From Pseudogymnoascus verrucosus (lineage: Eukaryota): a DNA stretch of 64,000 nucleotides. The stretch lies in the NCBI GenBank assembly GCA_001662655.1, contig KV460206.1; one strand, 5' to 3'. The notes beneath the pieces were generated by a model. That model ran no database searches and was not told the DNA's origin. It was given only the letters and a program-made list of their open reading frames with translations. This document shows, piece by piece, positions 49,936-61,063 of the stretch. A program made the translations under genes and the position numbers. Positions within the stretch are counted from its first letter, which is position 1, and every line of letters begins with the position of its first letter.

Positions 49936-51336
49936 TCACCAGTCAGGCTCGATGCAATAGTCCCTCCATGCCCCCTTATCCGCATCATCAAACTTGAGAA
50001 TCGTCCCCGCGACACCCCTTCCATCGACATCCCACACGCCCCTCTCCACAAGTTCAGTCCACTTCCCAAACAGCCTCTCCAGCCGCTGAGCCCGCCACCA
50101 CTCACCACCAAACGGTTTAAACCCATGCTGAAACAAATCCGCCACCGATCCCTTCTCAATGCCCTGCCCGTTGCTCGTCTTCGCCCCACGCTCCTCCCCC
50201 CACAGCGAAAACGGCAAGATAAGTCGAAAACCCTCTTCCGCATAATCTATTACTGAACGCGGAACTGACTCGCTATACAAACCTGCTGGGACAGAGTGGT
50301 CCCCTTTCGCAACTGTATACGGGCGGCAAAACGGGTTGAGTGACCTATACTTGTTGTCCCAGTCAAAGTTTGCTGTGAGGTCTGTCGCGCGGAAGAGCAA
50401 AACCGGTGGAACGATTGCCTTGTCACTGTAGTAGTCGTCATTGGAGGAGGTGTCCACTGTGGTGAATACTTGGCGTGAAACAAAGGCTTCGCGATCATGC
50501 GGGACGAGGAGACCTGGCGCAATGAACTCAAAGCGCGGGACCCTAACCCGGGTCAAGAATCCGCGCACAAAGCACGATTTGGGGACGGATGCTGCATCGA
50601 GGTCTTTGTCGCTGAGGAGCGGTCCTTCGCGAGCCGGCCGGAGTGATTCTGTTGGCATGCGAGACTCGATCGCCTCCACTAGCTGGTTAAACGCGGCGAC
50701 AGTATTTTCGACCTGTGCCTCGCCATAAGAATGCCATGCCCATACTCCCTGCTTCTCGCAATCAGTCTCTTCTGGGGTGGCTGTGATCTTGCCTAGCTGG
50801 ATCATGTGGATCCAATTGCTCAGGACAGTCTCGAGGGGGTGCCAGAGCTCGGGATGGTCCTCGATCGGCTGTGAAAAGTCCATGTCGAAAATCCCCATTG
50901 CCATTGTCGCCTTGCATTGCTTCTGGTGGTACATTAGCCCATTGGTGTGAGAGCATATGTTATTCGTCCAGTAAAGAGTGAGCGTCTCGCCCTCGTCGTC
51001 TCCGGAGTGGTTTATCCACATCAGAGATGGAGCAGTGATGCCCACAACCCAGAGGTAGAAAACGGTGCCTTCCACATCGTATGCTGCTTCGAGGAAGGAT
51101 ATCAGCGCAGGGTCTAGTCGCTCACGGATCTTCTCGGCCTCGTCCCCATTGCGCTCAAAGAATGAACGTCGGTCGAGATCAGCTAACGACTGGCCATCTG
51201 CCAGCCAGGAGTATTCTACGAGGAAATTGTGTAGGAGGGCACAACGCTGGTAGTCTAAGGTGCCTGTTTCACGGGCTGGATTGTCCGGTGTGACAAGGTG
51301 GCGGCTGATGTCTGACAGTTTGGATGACAGAGACAT
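49936..51336 (-). CDS. Hypothetical protein (~466 aa, intronless)
   Basis: Long uninterrupted ORF with globular composition (LDYQRCALLHN.., WHPLETVLSNWIHMI). Start codon choice uncertain. Confidence 0.7.
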   Translation of the reverse strand: MSLSSKLSDISRHLVTPDNPARETGTLDYQRCALLHNFLVEYSWLADGQSLADLDRRSFFERNGDEAEKIRERLDPALISFLEAAYDVEGTVFYLWVVGITAPSLMWINHSGDDEGETLTLYWTNNICSHTNGLMYHQKQCKATMAMGIFDMDFSQPIEDHPELWHPLETVLSNWIHMIQLGKITATPEETDCEKQGVWAWHSYGEAQVENTVAAFNQLVEAIESRMPTESLRPAREGPLLSDKDLDAASVPKSCFVRGFLTRVRVPRFEFIAPGLLVPHDREAFVSRQVFTTVDTSSNDDYYSDKAIVPPVLLFRATDLTANFDWDNKYRSLNPFCRPYTVAKGDHSVPAGLYSESVPRSVIDYAEEGFRLILPFSLWGEERGAKTSNGQGIEKGSVADLFQHGFKPFGGEWWRAQRLERLFGKWTELVERGVWDVDGRGVAGTILKFDDADKGAWRDYCIEPDW

Positions 51337-51884
51337 ACTGTAGCTGTTGCACACCATGCACGGCATACAGCATGCACACCCTTGCGTGTCTCTAGCAATC
51401 AAGTAAATATCGAATACACAGCATATGTCATTGCCTCATATTTACCTATCTGGCCCTCAGTATATATCAATTGATAGATGATTAGATGGACGATTATACC
51501 TTCACTGACGGGGTAAACATCGTAGTCTGACATCTGACGTCGCTTCTCAAAGCCACCACTTTCCACCTTCCAACTTCCTCACTCACCGCCCGATTAAGCT
51601 CCCGGGCAGAATCCCCACTGGCCAAGTTCCATGCGACGCTATTATTCAAGTTTCCCGCCCTTTATTGGCTTTATTGGGAAACTATAGTCCCTTTGTTCCA
51701 ATTCCCCCTCACCCTCTTATCGCCCCTCCCGTGAATCCATAAATCTCCAAAATAATCGTCATTTTATCATCCACCACAAATAACGCCATAACCCCCCTTC
51801 CATGCCGTAACACCGCCGCCGTCGCCGCACCTCATCCACTCACTAACCCCCACAGAGCTACCCCCTGTCACACAGATCTACACC

Positions 51885-52906
51885 ATGCAGTCTGAAATTG
51901 CACCATCTGACCCCTCGCACCCCCAACCCAGCGCCTCGCAACCACCACACACGACCCCCAACCCCTCCCCCAAGACCTCCTCCTCCTCTACTACCGGGGC
52001 TAATATAAGCTCGATCCTCGAGACCGGCCGCCGCCGCAGCGAAGCCCTCGGCCTCGAATCTACCTCGCGGCTCACAGAAGACGACGTCCAACGCCTCGCA
52101 CAGCTCGACGGCATACCTACAGACGCCCCAATGGACGGCAGCAGCAGCACCGATGAGCATACTCCTGATGAGCGAACGGCAATCGTGGCTCGTGAGCGCG
52201 CGGCAAGAGCGAATGGCGATGGCGATTATGGGGCTACGACGGAGGGGACAAAGAAAGTACGCAGCAGGAATAGTCAGCTTAGCTTGACGACGAGGACGGC
52301 GAGCAGGACAGAGAGTCAGAGCCAGAGCCAGAGTCGTCGGCGGCGAGGGTCGGCGGTTCAGACTCCGGTAAACGATCAAGAGACGAATGGGGGCCCGAGG
52401 GAGGAGCCGTGGTGGAAGAAACAGCTTGAGAAGTATGGGAGCCTGGAACTAGAGAATAAAGGGAGCGTGGCGAGGGATCATCTTGCCTTAGGTAAGATCT
52501 AACATCGAATCTATGGGCTGCTGGGATATATGCTAACTCGCACACAGAACGCACTTTCCTCGCATGGCTACGAACATCCCTCGCATTCGCATCGATTGGT
52601 ATAGCAATCACACAACTCTTCCGCCTCAACACGACCATTTCAGCCCCCGCAGGCACGACACCCGAGCCCAGTGCCTCGGCGATACATTTCCGCAGCCTGG
52701 GTAAGCCGCTCGGTGCTGCGTTCTTGGGGATATCGATCGTGGTCCTCCTTATTGGATTCCACCGATACTTTGAGGCGCAACACTGGGTTACGAAAGGCAA
52801 GTTCCCGGCGAGTAGGGGAAGTATTGCCCTTGTGGCTGCGGTAGCGGGGGCCTTGATGGTCACCAGCTTGGTTGTTGTTGTAGTAGTGGAGCCAAGAGCA
52901 AGGTAG
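51885..52906 (+). CDS. DUF202 membrane protein, at least 2 exons
   Basis: LENKGSVARDHLAL/ERTFLAWLRTSLAFASIGIAITQLFRL, followed by two more TM helices. Confidence 0.9.
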
Positions 52907-53337
52907 AGGGTGGACGGATGCGGGAGGGGAGGGGCCATCATTGTGATACCATTTTGCATATAACTCGGGAAAGTAGAAAGGGTGTGGCCTTTTGAATAGC
53001 GTAACTGGTTTTCAAGTACTTTAATATCCAACGACAAGTATTATGGGGGTTATAACTGGAGGGGTCGGAGGGGGACAATTGGAAAGATTCTAGTAGAGAA
53101 AAGCGAAATGATATAATTATTGGATACTCGATGGGTGTTTCTGAGGTGCAGCAGTTACATAATTTGAGGCGGGGTTCTGGGCTAATGCTGGGCGAGTGTG
53201 ACTTAGCGATGTAACGGGTAGCAGGGGAAGCAGCCGCTAAATATAGCCACCTATAAACACAACTTCAAGATAACGAGTGGCGATCGTTCAACACCACTTT
53301 CTATAAACCAACGACATCCATATTAATCAATAATACC

Positions 53338-54132
53338 ATGTCCGAAGAACGCGCGCAGCGTGCAGCCAACAACAAGTCTCTCAGGCTTATCAAGACTGTA
53401 CAGTTTAACGCATCCCACTTTGACTGATACAGCGCTAACAAGACGCAGGAGCTCGAAGCCCTCGCAGAACGTGGTTTCATCTCAGACGACCAATATGATA
53501 CGATAATCAACGCCCTCCCCGCCGAGGCCTCGCTCAACGCCAAACCAACCCCCACCCCAGCGGCGAACACATCCTATTCCGAAGCCAACTCCTCCACAGA
53601 CCGAAACTCACCCCACGCACCACCCTCCTACCAACAAGCGCAACACCACCAACCGCCTCCCCCGCCTCCGCCCTCGAACCACAGGGAGATCGCCCACGCC
53701 GTCGCCCTCTGGGCCTACGTAACCCCCGATGCGCGCGACCTCAACTTGCAGCCTGGGGATGGGATTTCCGTCACCGAGTTCGTGAATGCGGAGTGGTGGA
53801 TGGGGAAGAACATCCGCACGGGCGAGGAGGGGGTCTTCCCGTCTAACTACATCAGGCGCGAGAACTTCCCGTCGCCGTTGGCGCAGGCACAGCCACAGCA
53901 GAACGCGTACTACGGAGATCAGAAGCAGGCACAGCAGTATCAGCCGGGACCGAGCAACCCGTACAATAACCCGGTGCCGCCGGTCGCGATTGCGGAGCAG
54001 CCGCAGCAGCAGCAGGAGGAGCCGAATAAGGTTGGGGAGATGGGGAAGAAGTTTGGGTCGAAGTTGGGGAATGCGGCTATATTTGGGGCGGGGGCTACGA
54101 TTGGAGGGAATATTGTTAACTCGATCTTTTAA
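53338..54132 (+). CDS. SH3-domain protein, Lsb1/Pin3-like, 2 exons
   Basis: AVALWAY..DLNLQPGD..EWWMG..GVFPSNYI SH3 domain, Q/N/P-rich region, and conserved tail KKFGSKLGNAAIFGAGATIGGNIVNSIF. Confidence 0.9.
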
Positions 54133-54371
54133 GGGGAAGGGGGGGTGCGTTATGTTGATAGATGGAGGGCCGGGTAGAGAAACTCAAATTGAGACACGGC
54201 ATTGCATATTATACAGCAGAGGTATTATAACGCTCGTGAGACCCTTTTCGTTCCTATCATCTGACCCGGACTTGCTTTCCCCACGTATTATCCTCCTCCT
54301 GTTTGTCCTATAGAGTAGGTATAAGCTATCCTCACCGCCAATTCTCCATCCCAACTCAAGATCATCCATCA

Positions 54372-55196
54372 TCACGCCAACGTCCCACAAACCACCACAT
54401 CCTCCCCCATCTGCACCCACTTCGCGCCCCTCAACTCCGCCGCCGCCCCCTCCCCCCCGTCCTTCACCGGCGCAACCGCCACCCCCCCCTTCCCCAACCA
54501 CCTTGGCGCAACCGTAACCACAACCGCATCTACCCACCCCTCCCCCCTCTCCTCCAACAACCCATTAATCACCCCCGCCCCCCCCTCAACCATCACACTC
54601 CCCACCCCCCTACTCGCCAACACCCCCAACAAATCCCCCCACCCAAACCTTAACCCCCCTCCCTCCCCTCCCTCCTCCTCCGTCGCCAAAGCAATAACCG
54701 CACCCCCCACCGCCTCCAACGCCTCCGCTTTCGCGTCATCCACAAACGCCAAATCAGTAACCACCCACGGCGCCCGCGCCCGCCCCTCTTGCGCAAGCTG
54801 GAGCACTTTACTCCCCTCCACATCCCACCGCCCGCGCGGATCAAGTATCACAGGCCGCGGCTGCCAGCGCAGCGGGTCGTCGCCGTCTGCCGCGCCGGCG
54901 AGGCGGCAGTTAAGCCCGGGGTCGTCGGCGAGGGCGGTGCCGGCGCCGATTAGGATTGCGGAGTGCTTGCTGCGGAGGTAGTGGGTCATTGTTTTTGTGG
55001 CGGGGCCGGAGAGGGTGGTGCGGACGCCGGGGCGGGCGGCGAGCATGCTGTCGAGGGAGGTGGCGTAGGTGAGGGTTAGGTGGGGTTTGGTGGGGGTGGT
55101 GGAGGGGGATAGGGGCGGGGGAGGAGGGAGGTGGGGGGCGAGGAAGTCGAAGTCGCTGGCTGTCCAGGGGAGGTATTCTGGTGGTGTTGGATTCAT
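54372..55196 (-). CDS. RIB7: 2,5-diamino-6-ribosylamino-4(3H)-pyrimidinone 5'-phosphate reductase
   Basis: PHLTLTYATSLDS..TKTMTHYLRSKHSAILIGAGTALADDPGLNCR..PRPVILD..SVMVEGGAGVI. Confidence 0.93.
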   Translation of the reverse strand: MNPTPPEYLPWTASDFDFLAPHLPPPPPLSPSTTPTKPHLTLTYATSLDSMLAARPGVRTTLSGPATKTMTHYLRSKHSAILIGAGTALADDPGLNCRLAGAADGDDPLRWQPRPVILDPRGRWDVEGSKVLQLAQEGRARAPWVVTDLAFVDDAKAEALEAVGGAVIALATEEEGGEGGGLRFGWGDLLGVLASRGVGSVMVEGGAGVINGLLEERGEGWVDAVVVTVAPRWLGKGGVAVAPVKDGGEGAAAELRGAKWVQMGEDVVVCGTLA

Positions 55197-55358
55197 GGTG
55201 GGTGGTGTGGATGGTTTGGATGGTGAGGTTGGAGGGGTGAGGTGGTCAGTGGAATTGAGCTGGAGCTTTGGGTTAGCGAGATGGCGGGGTAGATGGGGTA
55301 CCTTTGGGGATACTCACCTGATGAGACCTCTTGAACGAAATCAGCAATACTGCGAAGT

Positions 55359-55691
55359 TTATCGGCGAGACTGTATTTTAAGTGTTAGCCCGTGTAAAGG
55401 TACAGGTGGGTTTATTACTGACAAGTCGATATTTCCAGTTTTCAGGAAATTCCACGTAATCCACAACATACACGAATTAGCGCTGATGAAAAAAATTATG
55501 ATCGCAATGGTGCTCAGAATGATTTTCGAGTACTCGAAATAAAATTCGCCACGACTCATGCCCGGTCTTGTTCTGGGAATTGTTTTCTCGTCACTGTAGT
55601 CGTTGTCGTCATAGTAGAGGTAAGCGTCATAGCAATACTTGCACTCTTTTGGATGAGAGAGTCGAGGATAGGAGGGAGTTTTGCCAGCCAT
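55359..55691 (-). CDS. Possible small single-TM protein
   Basis: 110-aa ATG ORF with one strong hydrophobic stretch and no recognised motif. Confidence 0.3.
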   Translation of the reverse strand: MAGKTPSYPRLSHPKECKYCYDAYLYYDDNDYSDEKTIPRTRPGMSRGEFYFEYSKIILSTIAIIIFFISANSCMLWITWNFLKTGNIDLSVINPPVPLHGLTLKIQSRR

Positions 55692-56004
55692 TGTTGCAAT
55701 TGTGTACTGGTCCCAGGATGAATATGGGAAGAGGTCCTTTTATTTACATTCATTTAAAAGGTGTACATACGTGATCTGGCCTGACGTTGTAACTTCACGG
55801 GCTAGCTTAGCCAGCTCACGTCGTATACACCAAAATGTTGGTAGACTAAATTCGAACACGAATTTGCTGATTGCTCCAATTTGCTGCACTCCATTACAAT
55901 AACATCCGATGCGTAAATCAAACTCCCACTTCATACCGCACGCGCCTCTGCAGCCTCTCCAACCTCTCCATCCGCTCACTCCCCCCACACCCTCCTACCA
56001 CCAC

Positions 56005-56487
56005 CTAAGCCGTCTCCCCCTTAACCTTCTTCCCAAAAAGCTTCGCCTTCAACTTATCCGCCAACCCCGTCGGATGCGCCTTCCCCCCCTCCTTCGCCAC
56101 ATGCACATTCCCCTGTCCCCCGCGCCCAACATGATGATTCGTATCCTCCTCATCCCTCAGCGCCTCGGCGGGGATAACCTCCTTATCGTTGCGCTTTGCG
56201 GCTGCGAGGCCGGGAGAGCCGATGTTGGCGACGCCGCCGCGGCCGGAGCTGTAGGGGCCGTCGCCGTGGTCGCCGGCTACGCCTTCGCGCACGATTTCGC
56301 CGTCGGCGTAGCTGCGGGGGGGTTAGTGACAGGATGAAGGGGGAGATGGAGGGGCGTACGGGGTGTCATCGGCGCCGATGTTGCCGGCTCCTGGGAGGGT
56401 TGGTTAGAGATGAGGTTTGGGGAGGGGACGGGGCTTCGCACCTCCGCGGCCGTGGCTGATGCTCTCAATCGACTTGCGCTCCGACAT
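56005..56487 (-). CDS. Small GRGG(A)GN-repeat protein (DUF3602/Par32-like), 3 exons
   Basis: SHGRG/GAGNI, SSGRGGVANI and HVGRGGQGNV motifs with two canonical introns. Confidence 0.85.
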
Positions 56488-57750
56488 TGTGCAGATGGAG
56501 ATAGGGCTTGTATCCAGTATTGTCTTTTGCTTTGTCTCTTCTTTGACTGCTACTGAGAAGGAGGAATGTAGAGACTTGAGAGAATAAGAGAAGAAGAGAA
56601 GGGACGGAAGACCCGAGTAAAGAGAAGGAAGTGAGCAAGGCTGTATGACGAGACTTCCCGCGTGAGAGCCTTGCGTGCAGATGTGGCAAGCGCGTACTAG
56701 GATGAGGTGCAATAAGAGTAGAAAGAAGCCTATTACGGGACCTGACAGCAGATGTATATGGGATTAATCGTAGCGACACATGGTAAAGCGCAAGTCAACA
56801 GTCTGAATAATGGGTCGGTGGGGAGCTGTGAGTCGTCGTTATCCCTTATCTTTATCTTTCGCCCATTTACCATTGTTGGAGATAGGGCGATAAGGAAAGA
56901 GCAGGGGTTGGGACCAAAGCTTGGGGCCTGTTACCGAGTTTAGTGGGGGATGCAGTGGCCCGTACCATGGTGTCTGGTTCGGGATCGAACTACCAAATCT
57001 ATTGCCGCTCTACCAAAAAGTATACCCCAGATGCAAGTTGGAAATGTCCAATTGCCCATTCACAGTAAGACATTATAGACACATGGTAAGAATGTATGAT
57101 ATATTTTGCGGAGAAACATGCATATGTCAAGTGCACCATGCAGTACAAAAACGTGTCACCCAGCCAGGCACAGCACAATGGTTGGCACCTTGACTATTGA
57201 TCCTCAACCCGATGGCAAGTAGTATCAGTGATTGGCGTGCACCATTGCATTGCATCTCATAAGGTAAGAAGAAGCTAATCGTCTGTTTTGCTTGCTGATA
57301 ACAACGCCTGTACCAACAACTCCGTCGAGGCTAAATATCAAACCCCGACATCCCCCGAATAAATGAGAGCCCCAAGACTCTCTTGTCTTTGTCTACCCCC
57401 ATGCCAATATCAGGCAGCTGTCGCCTTCTACCAAATGCTTCTCCACAACTCCGTCACCGTAGTCGTCAATATCGTCTCCCAATTGCGTGTTTGTTGAGAA
57501 ACACTAACGGTAGGTGCACGATACCTGGTGCTGCTTCCCACCTTGATCCTCGAATTCAAAACAGAAAGAACAAACGGCCGCCAAGGAGCAAAATCCATAT
57601 AACGGCCATGGTTTGAGATCGCCGCAGGTGTCCCTCTCCCCATCGAAATGTGAGGTTGAGAGGAAGGCCAGCAAAAACGCCGTGGTCGTGAGGAGCCTTC
57701 CCTCGAACATCAACCTCCCCTCACCCCCACGCTAATATGTATCCTCCATC

Positions 57751-58300
57751 TCAAGCCGGTCTCCTCCTCGCAAACTCCTCCAAGTCATGGACAGTCGCAA
57801 CACCGAGCACAAACCGCCTACTCAGATCAGTCACGACCGCAAAGTCCTGCGGCGTCTGCCCATCGCTTCCCTTCATGAAGAACGTCTCCAGCTCCTCCAG
57901 CGGTGTATCCATCGTGATGACCTTATACGTGTTCGCCTTCCTCCTGAACTTGATCATCGCCGCCGACACTGGGTCCGTATCCTTCACCGTCCCCTGCTGT
58001 ATCAGCTCGCGCAGGCGTGGTATGCTCAGGTAGCCCAGCAGCGCGCGGGTGTCTTGCGAGACGACAGTAAGGTGCGTGTAGTCCCTCTCGAAGGCCGTCA
58101 GGAGCGCATAGGAGATCGGGTCGGAGGGGTTGCAGGAGAGGGCGGAGGGTGGGTCGAGGTCCTCGACGGTGGCCTGGGGGGTCAGTTAGATGTTATCCGC
58201 TTTGGGGGTCATTGAGGGAGGTACTCACGCCGCGGTACTTGTCAGACCATTTGGAGTGGAACTGCGACGCAGCCGCCTCGGTGTGGTTTGCTGTAGCCAT
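57751..58300 (-). CDS. Stand-alone CBS-domain-like protein, 2 exons
   Basis: KYRG/ATVEDLDPPSAL..AFERDYTHLTVV..LLGYLSIP..ITMDTPLEELETF..FAVVTD..FVLGVATVHDLEEF. Confidence 0.85.
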
Positions 58301-59516
58301 TGTGTGTGCGGGCACTGTTCCGGGCCTTGACTTTTTGAGTTTGTGAGGTTTTGGGGCTTATTATTGAGGCGGGGCAGGATGTCGATGATGGGATGAGATG
58401 GTCTCTGCTTTAGTTTGACGGTCTCGCTTCTTTAGGCGAAAATCTTGAAAAGCCCAGACTTGGCCTATTTATTAATCCGTAAATATCATTTGAAATCAAA
58501 GACAATACAACAAATTGGATATTCTCTCGAAATTTTATAAATGCGACTGCATTGTGGGTTAAACGTCTAATGCGGTCTCTTTCAATTGTCATTTCTGTTA
58601 ATACTCCAGAGATTGGCGGGCAGTCCGTATATCAAGCCCCTACGAGTGTAGGAGAGACCGGCGCCTATGAGAACTGTAAGACAAAGCTTCAAACATGCTA
58701 TGACTCTATAGTCTCTAAGAAATGGCCATATCACATTCTTTTTCGCAATTATTTCACAAGAAATCGATCTATAGTGTTCAGGGGTAGCTGCGAAAGAGAG
58801 AGGCATTCCGACATTTCTCATACATCTTCACGGTTCCTTCACTGTTTAAATTCTTTATTTGTCATATAATACCATCTCATCCATCACCGGAGTCAACCTT
58901 ATGGGGTCTCGTCAGAAGAAAGCGCAAGTATGCCGTCTGCATGGAGTCCTCTACGCAAAGTGTGGCTCGTCGCCGTATGAAGCCGCTGTTTTTCCGTTCA
59001 TGATGTGTCCTATACGGCGGCTCAGAAATAGCTCGATTCTGCTCTGGTTATCCCATGGAGACCTAGAGTATGTTCACATATATAGAGTATATGAGGAACA
59101 ATCATACATAAACATAACTGTGTTGACACTGGGATACCCGATTACGATTGGTCCACTACGTCATTACGTGAGCCATGCACGATCCTACGGGACTCACCTT
59201 ATCTCCGCATCTTACATGTCGGCACGTCTCATGTTGTTAAACCAACCGGTTTAACTCTCTCCCAATTTACTATTTAAATCTTCTAGAGCTTCAGGGTGCA
59301 TGTTATTGGGCTGGTACTATAGCCCATTGACTGTTGTGAATCTCATACGGTCACCCAAGTCGTTGACGTCGCCAATCGCCGCACTTAGAAGCTATCACGG
59401 CCTTATCGGATAGAGCTGTTCTAGAAAGTGAGTATGAGACCGTTTCTCTTTGGTCTACAACAAGCAATTGGGACGAAAACCGAAGATCCTAACTATTCAA
59501 TCAGCTCTCAATCGCA

Positions 59517-60724
59517 ATGCCGTCTCTATTCCCGACATCGGACGCGCTCAACAGCGTGTTCCAATCGTCGGGTCTTAAAGCCGATGCACCCGCCCAACCA
59601 ACACGAACTCCATTGCAAGCGCGTGCTGAGCTCTTCCCGACCTGGTCCACAATTGACGATGCCAAAGACAAGGCCAAAGCTCTCAGTGATGAGGCTGCGC
59701 GGGAGTTCGAAAAGGCCAGTGCCAAGGCGCAAGAGAAGACAGGCCGTATCGAGCTCTACTCCGGGAAATACTATGCCGCCTGCTCCTTTGGTGGATTGCT
59801 TGCCTGCGGCTTGACGCACACATTTATCACGCCCCTCGATCTCGTGAAGTGTCGTCGCCAAGTCGACTCGAAGCTCTACACGGGTAACTTCCAGGCCTGG
59901 GGTAAGATTGCCCGGGCTGAGGGTTTCCGGGGCATCTACACCGGATGGGGCCCAACATTCTTTGGGTACTCGGCACAGGGCATGTTCAAGTATGGTGGAT
60001 ACGAGTACTTCAAGAAGACATACAGTGACGTTGTTGGTCCAGAAGCGGCAGTAAAGTACAAGACCGCAGTGTACCTGGCCGCATCTGCCTCTGCAGAATT
60101 CATTGCTGACATCGCGCTCTGCCCCTTCGAAGCTATCAAGGTCAGGATGCAAACCACCATGCCACCTTTCGCTACGGGAACATTCAACGGTATGAGCATC
60201 ATCACAGCCAAGGAAGGCTTCGGCGGGCTCTACAAGGGCCTATACCCACTCTGGGGCCGCCAGATCCCGTAAGCTCCACCCCTCCCGCCGTCCCGCGCCT
60301 ACCTTCCAGGCACCCCACCCTTTCCAACCCCCGACTAACACCCCCCAGCTACACCATGATGAAATTCGCCTCCTTCGAAACCATCGTCGAAGCGATCTAC
60401 GGCTACCTCCCTGGCAAGAAATCCGATTACGGCAAGGCCGCCCAAACCGGTGTCTCCTTCACCGGTGGTTACCTAGCTGGTATCCTCTGCGCTATCATCT
60501 CGCACCCTGCAGATGTGATGGTGTCGAAGCTCAATGCGAATAAGCAGCCTGGTGAGGCGGCTGGTGCGGCTACCTCGCGCATCTACAAGGAGATTGGGTT
60601 CAGGGGCTTGTGGAACGGGCTGCCGGTTAGGATTGTTATGATTGGAACGTTGACGGGGCTGCAGTGGATGATTTATGATTACTTCAAGATCGTTATGGGG
60701 TTCCCGACTACGGGGGGGAAGTAA
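59517..60724 (+). CDS. PIC2: Mitochondrial phosphate/copper carrier, Pic2-type, 2 exons
   Basis: Three carrier signatures ([24 protein letters not shown]), RQIP/YTMMKF and [14 protein letters not shown]. Confidence 0.9.
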
Positions 60725-61063
60725 GGGGCGGATGATGGGTGTGGTGGGTGTGGTGGGAGGGAGTGTGTCTGATGGGTTGGGTTGTGGAGTGTTTGAAGTG
60801 GTTCTCAAATTGAGTGGTTCCGTTCAGGGTGCCTATTAAGATATATATATCTCATATCTCTCATTCTTCGGTTGCCTTGCTGTGAATACCGCTGTTATGC
60901 ATGCCTGTACTTGACGATTCTGAGGATTTCACGATTCCATTATTTCACAATTTCGGATAATGTGTCAGGACCTTCGCTGTTGGTTGCCAATTTTTAATGG
61001 TCCGTGTTGAGAATAAGGGGCTATGTAGCTGTCGTGAAACAAATGCCAGTCGGATGAACTAGC

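Noticed and set aside
58400..59300. AT-richer stretch with short ORFs between the CBS gene and PIC2
   Set aside because: No recognisable gene or TE motif; treated as a divergent promoter region.
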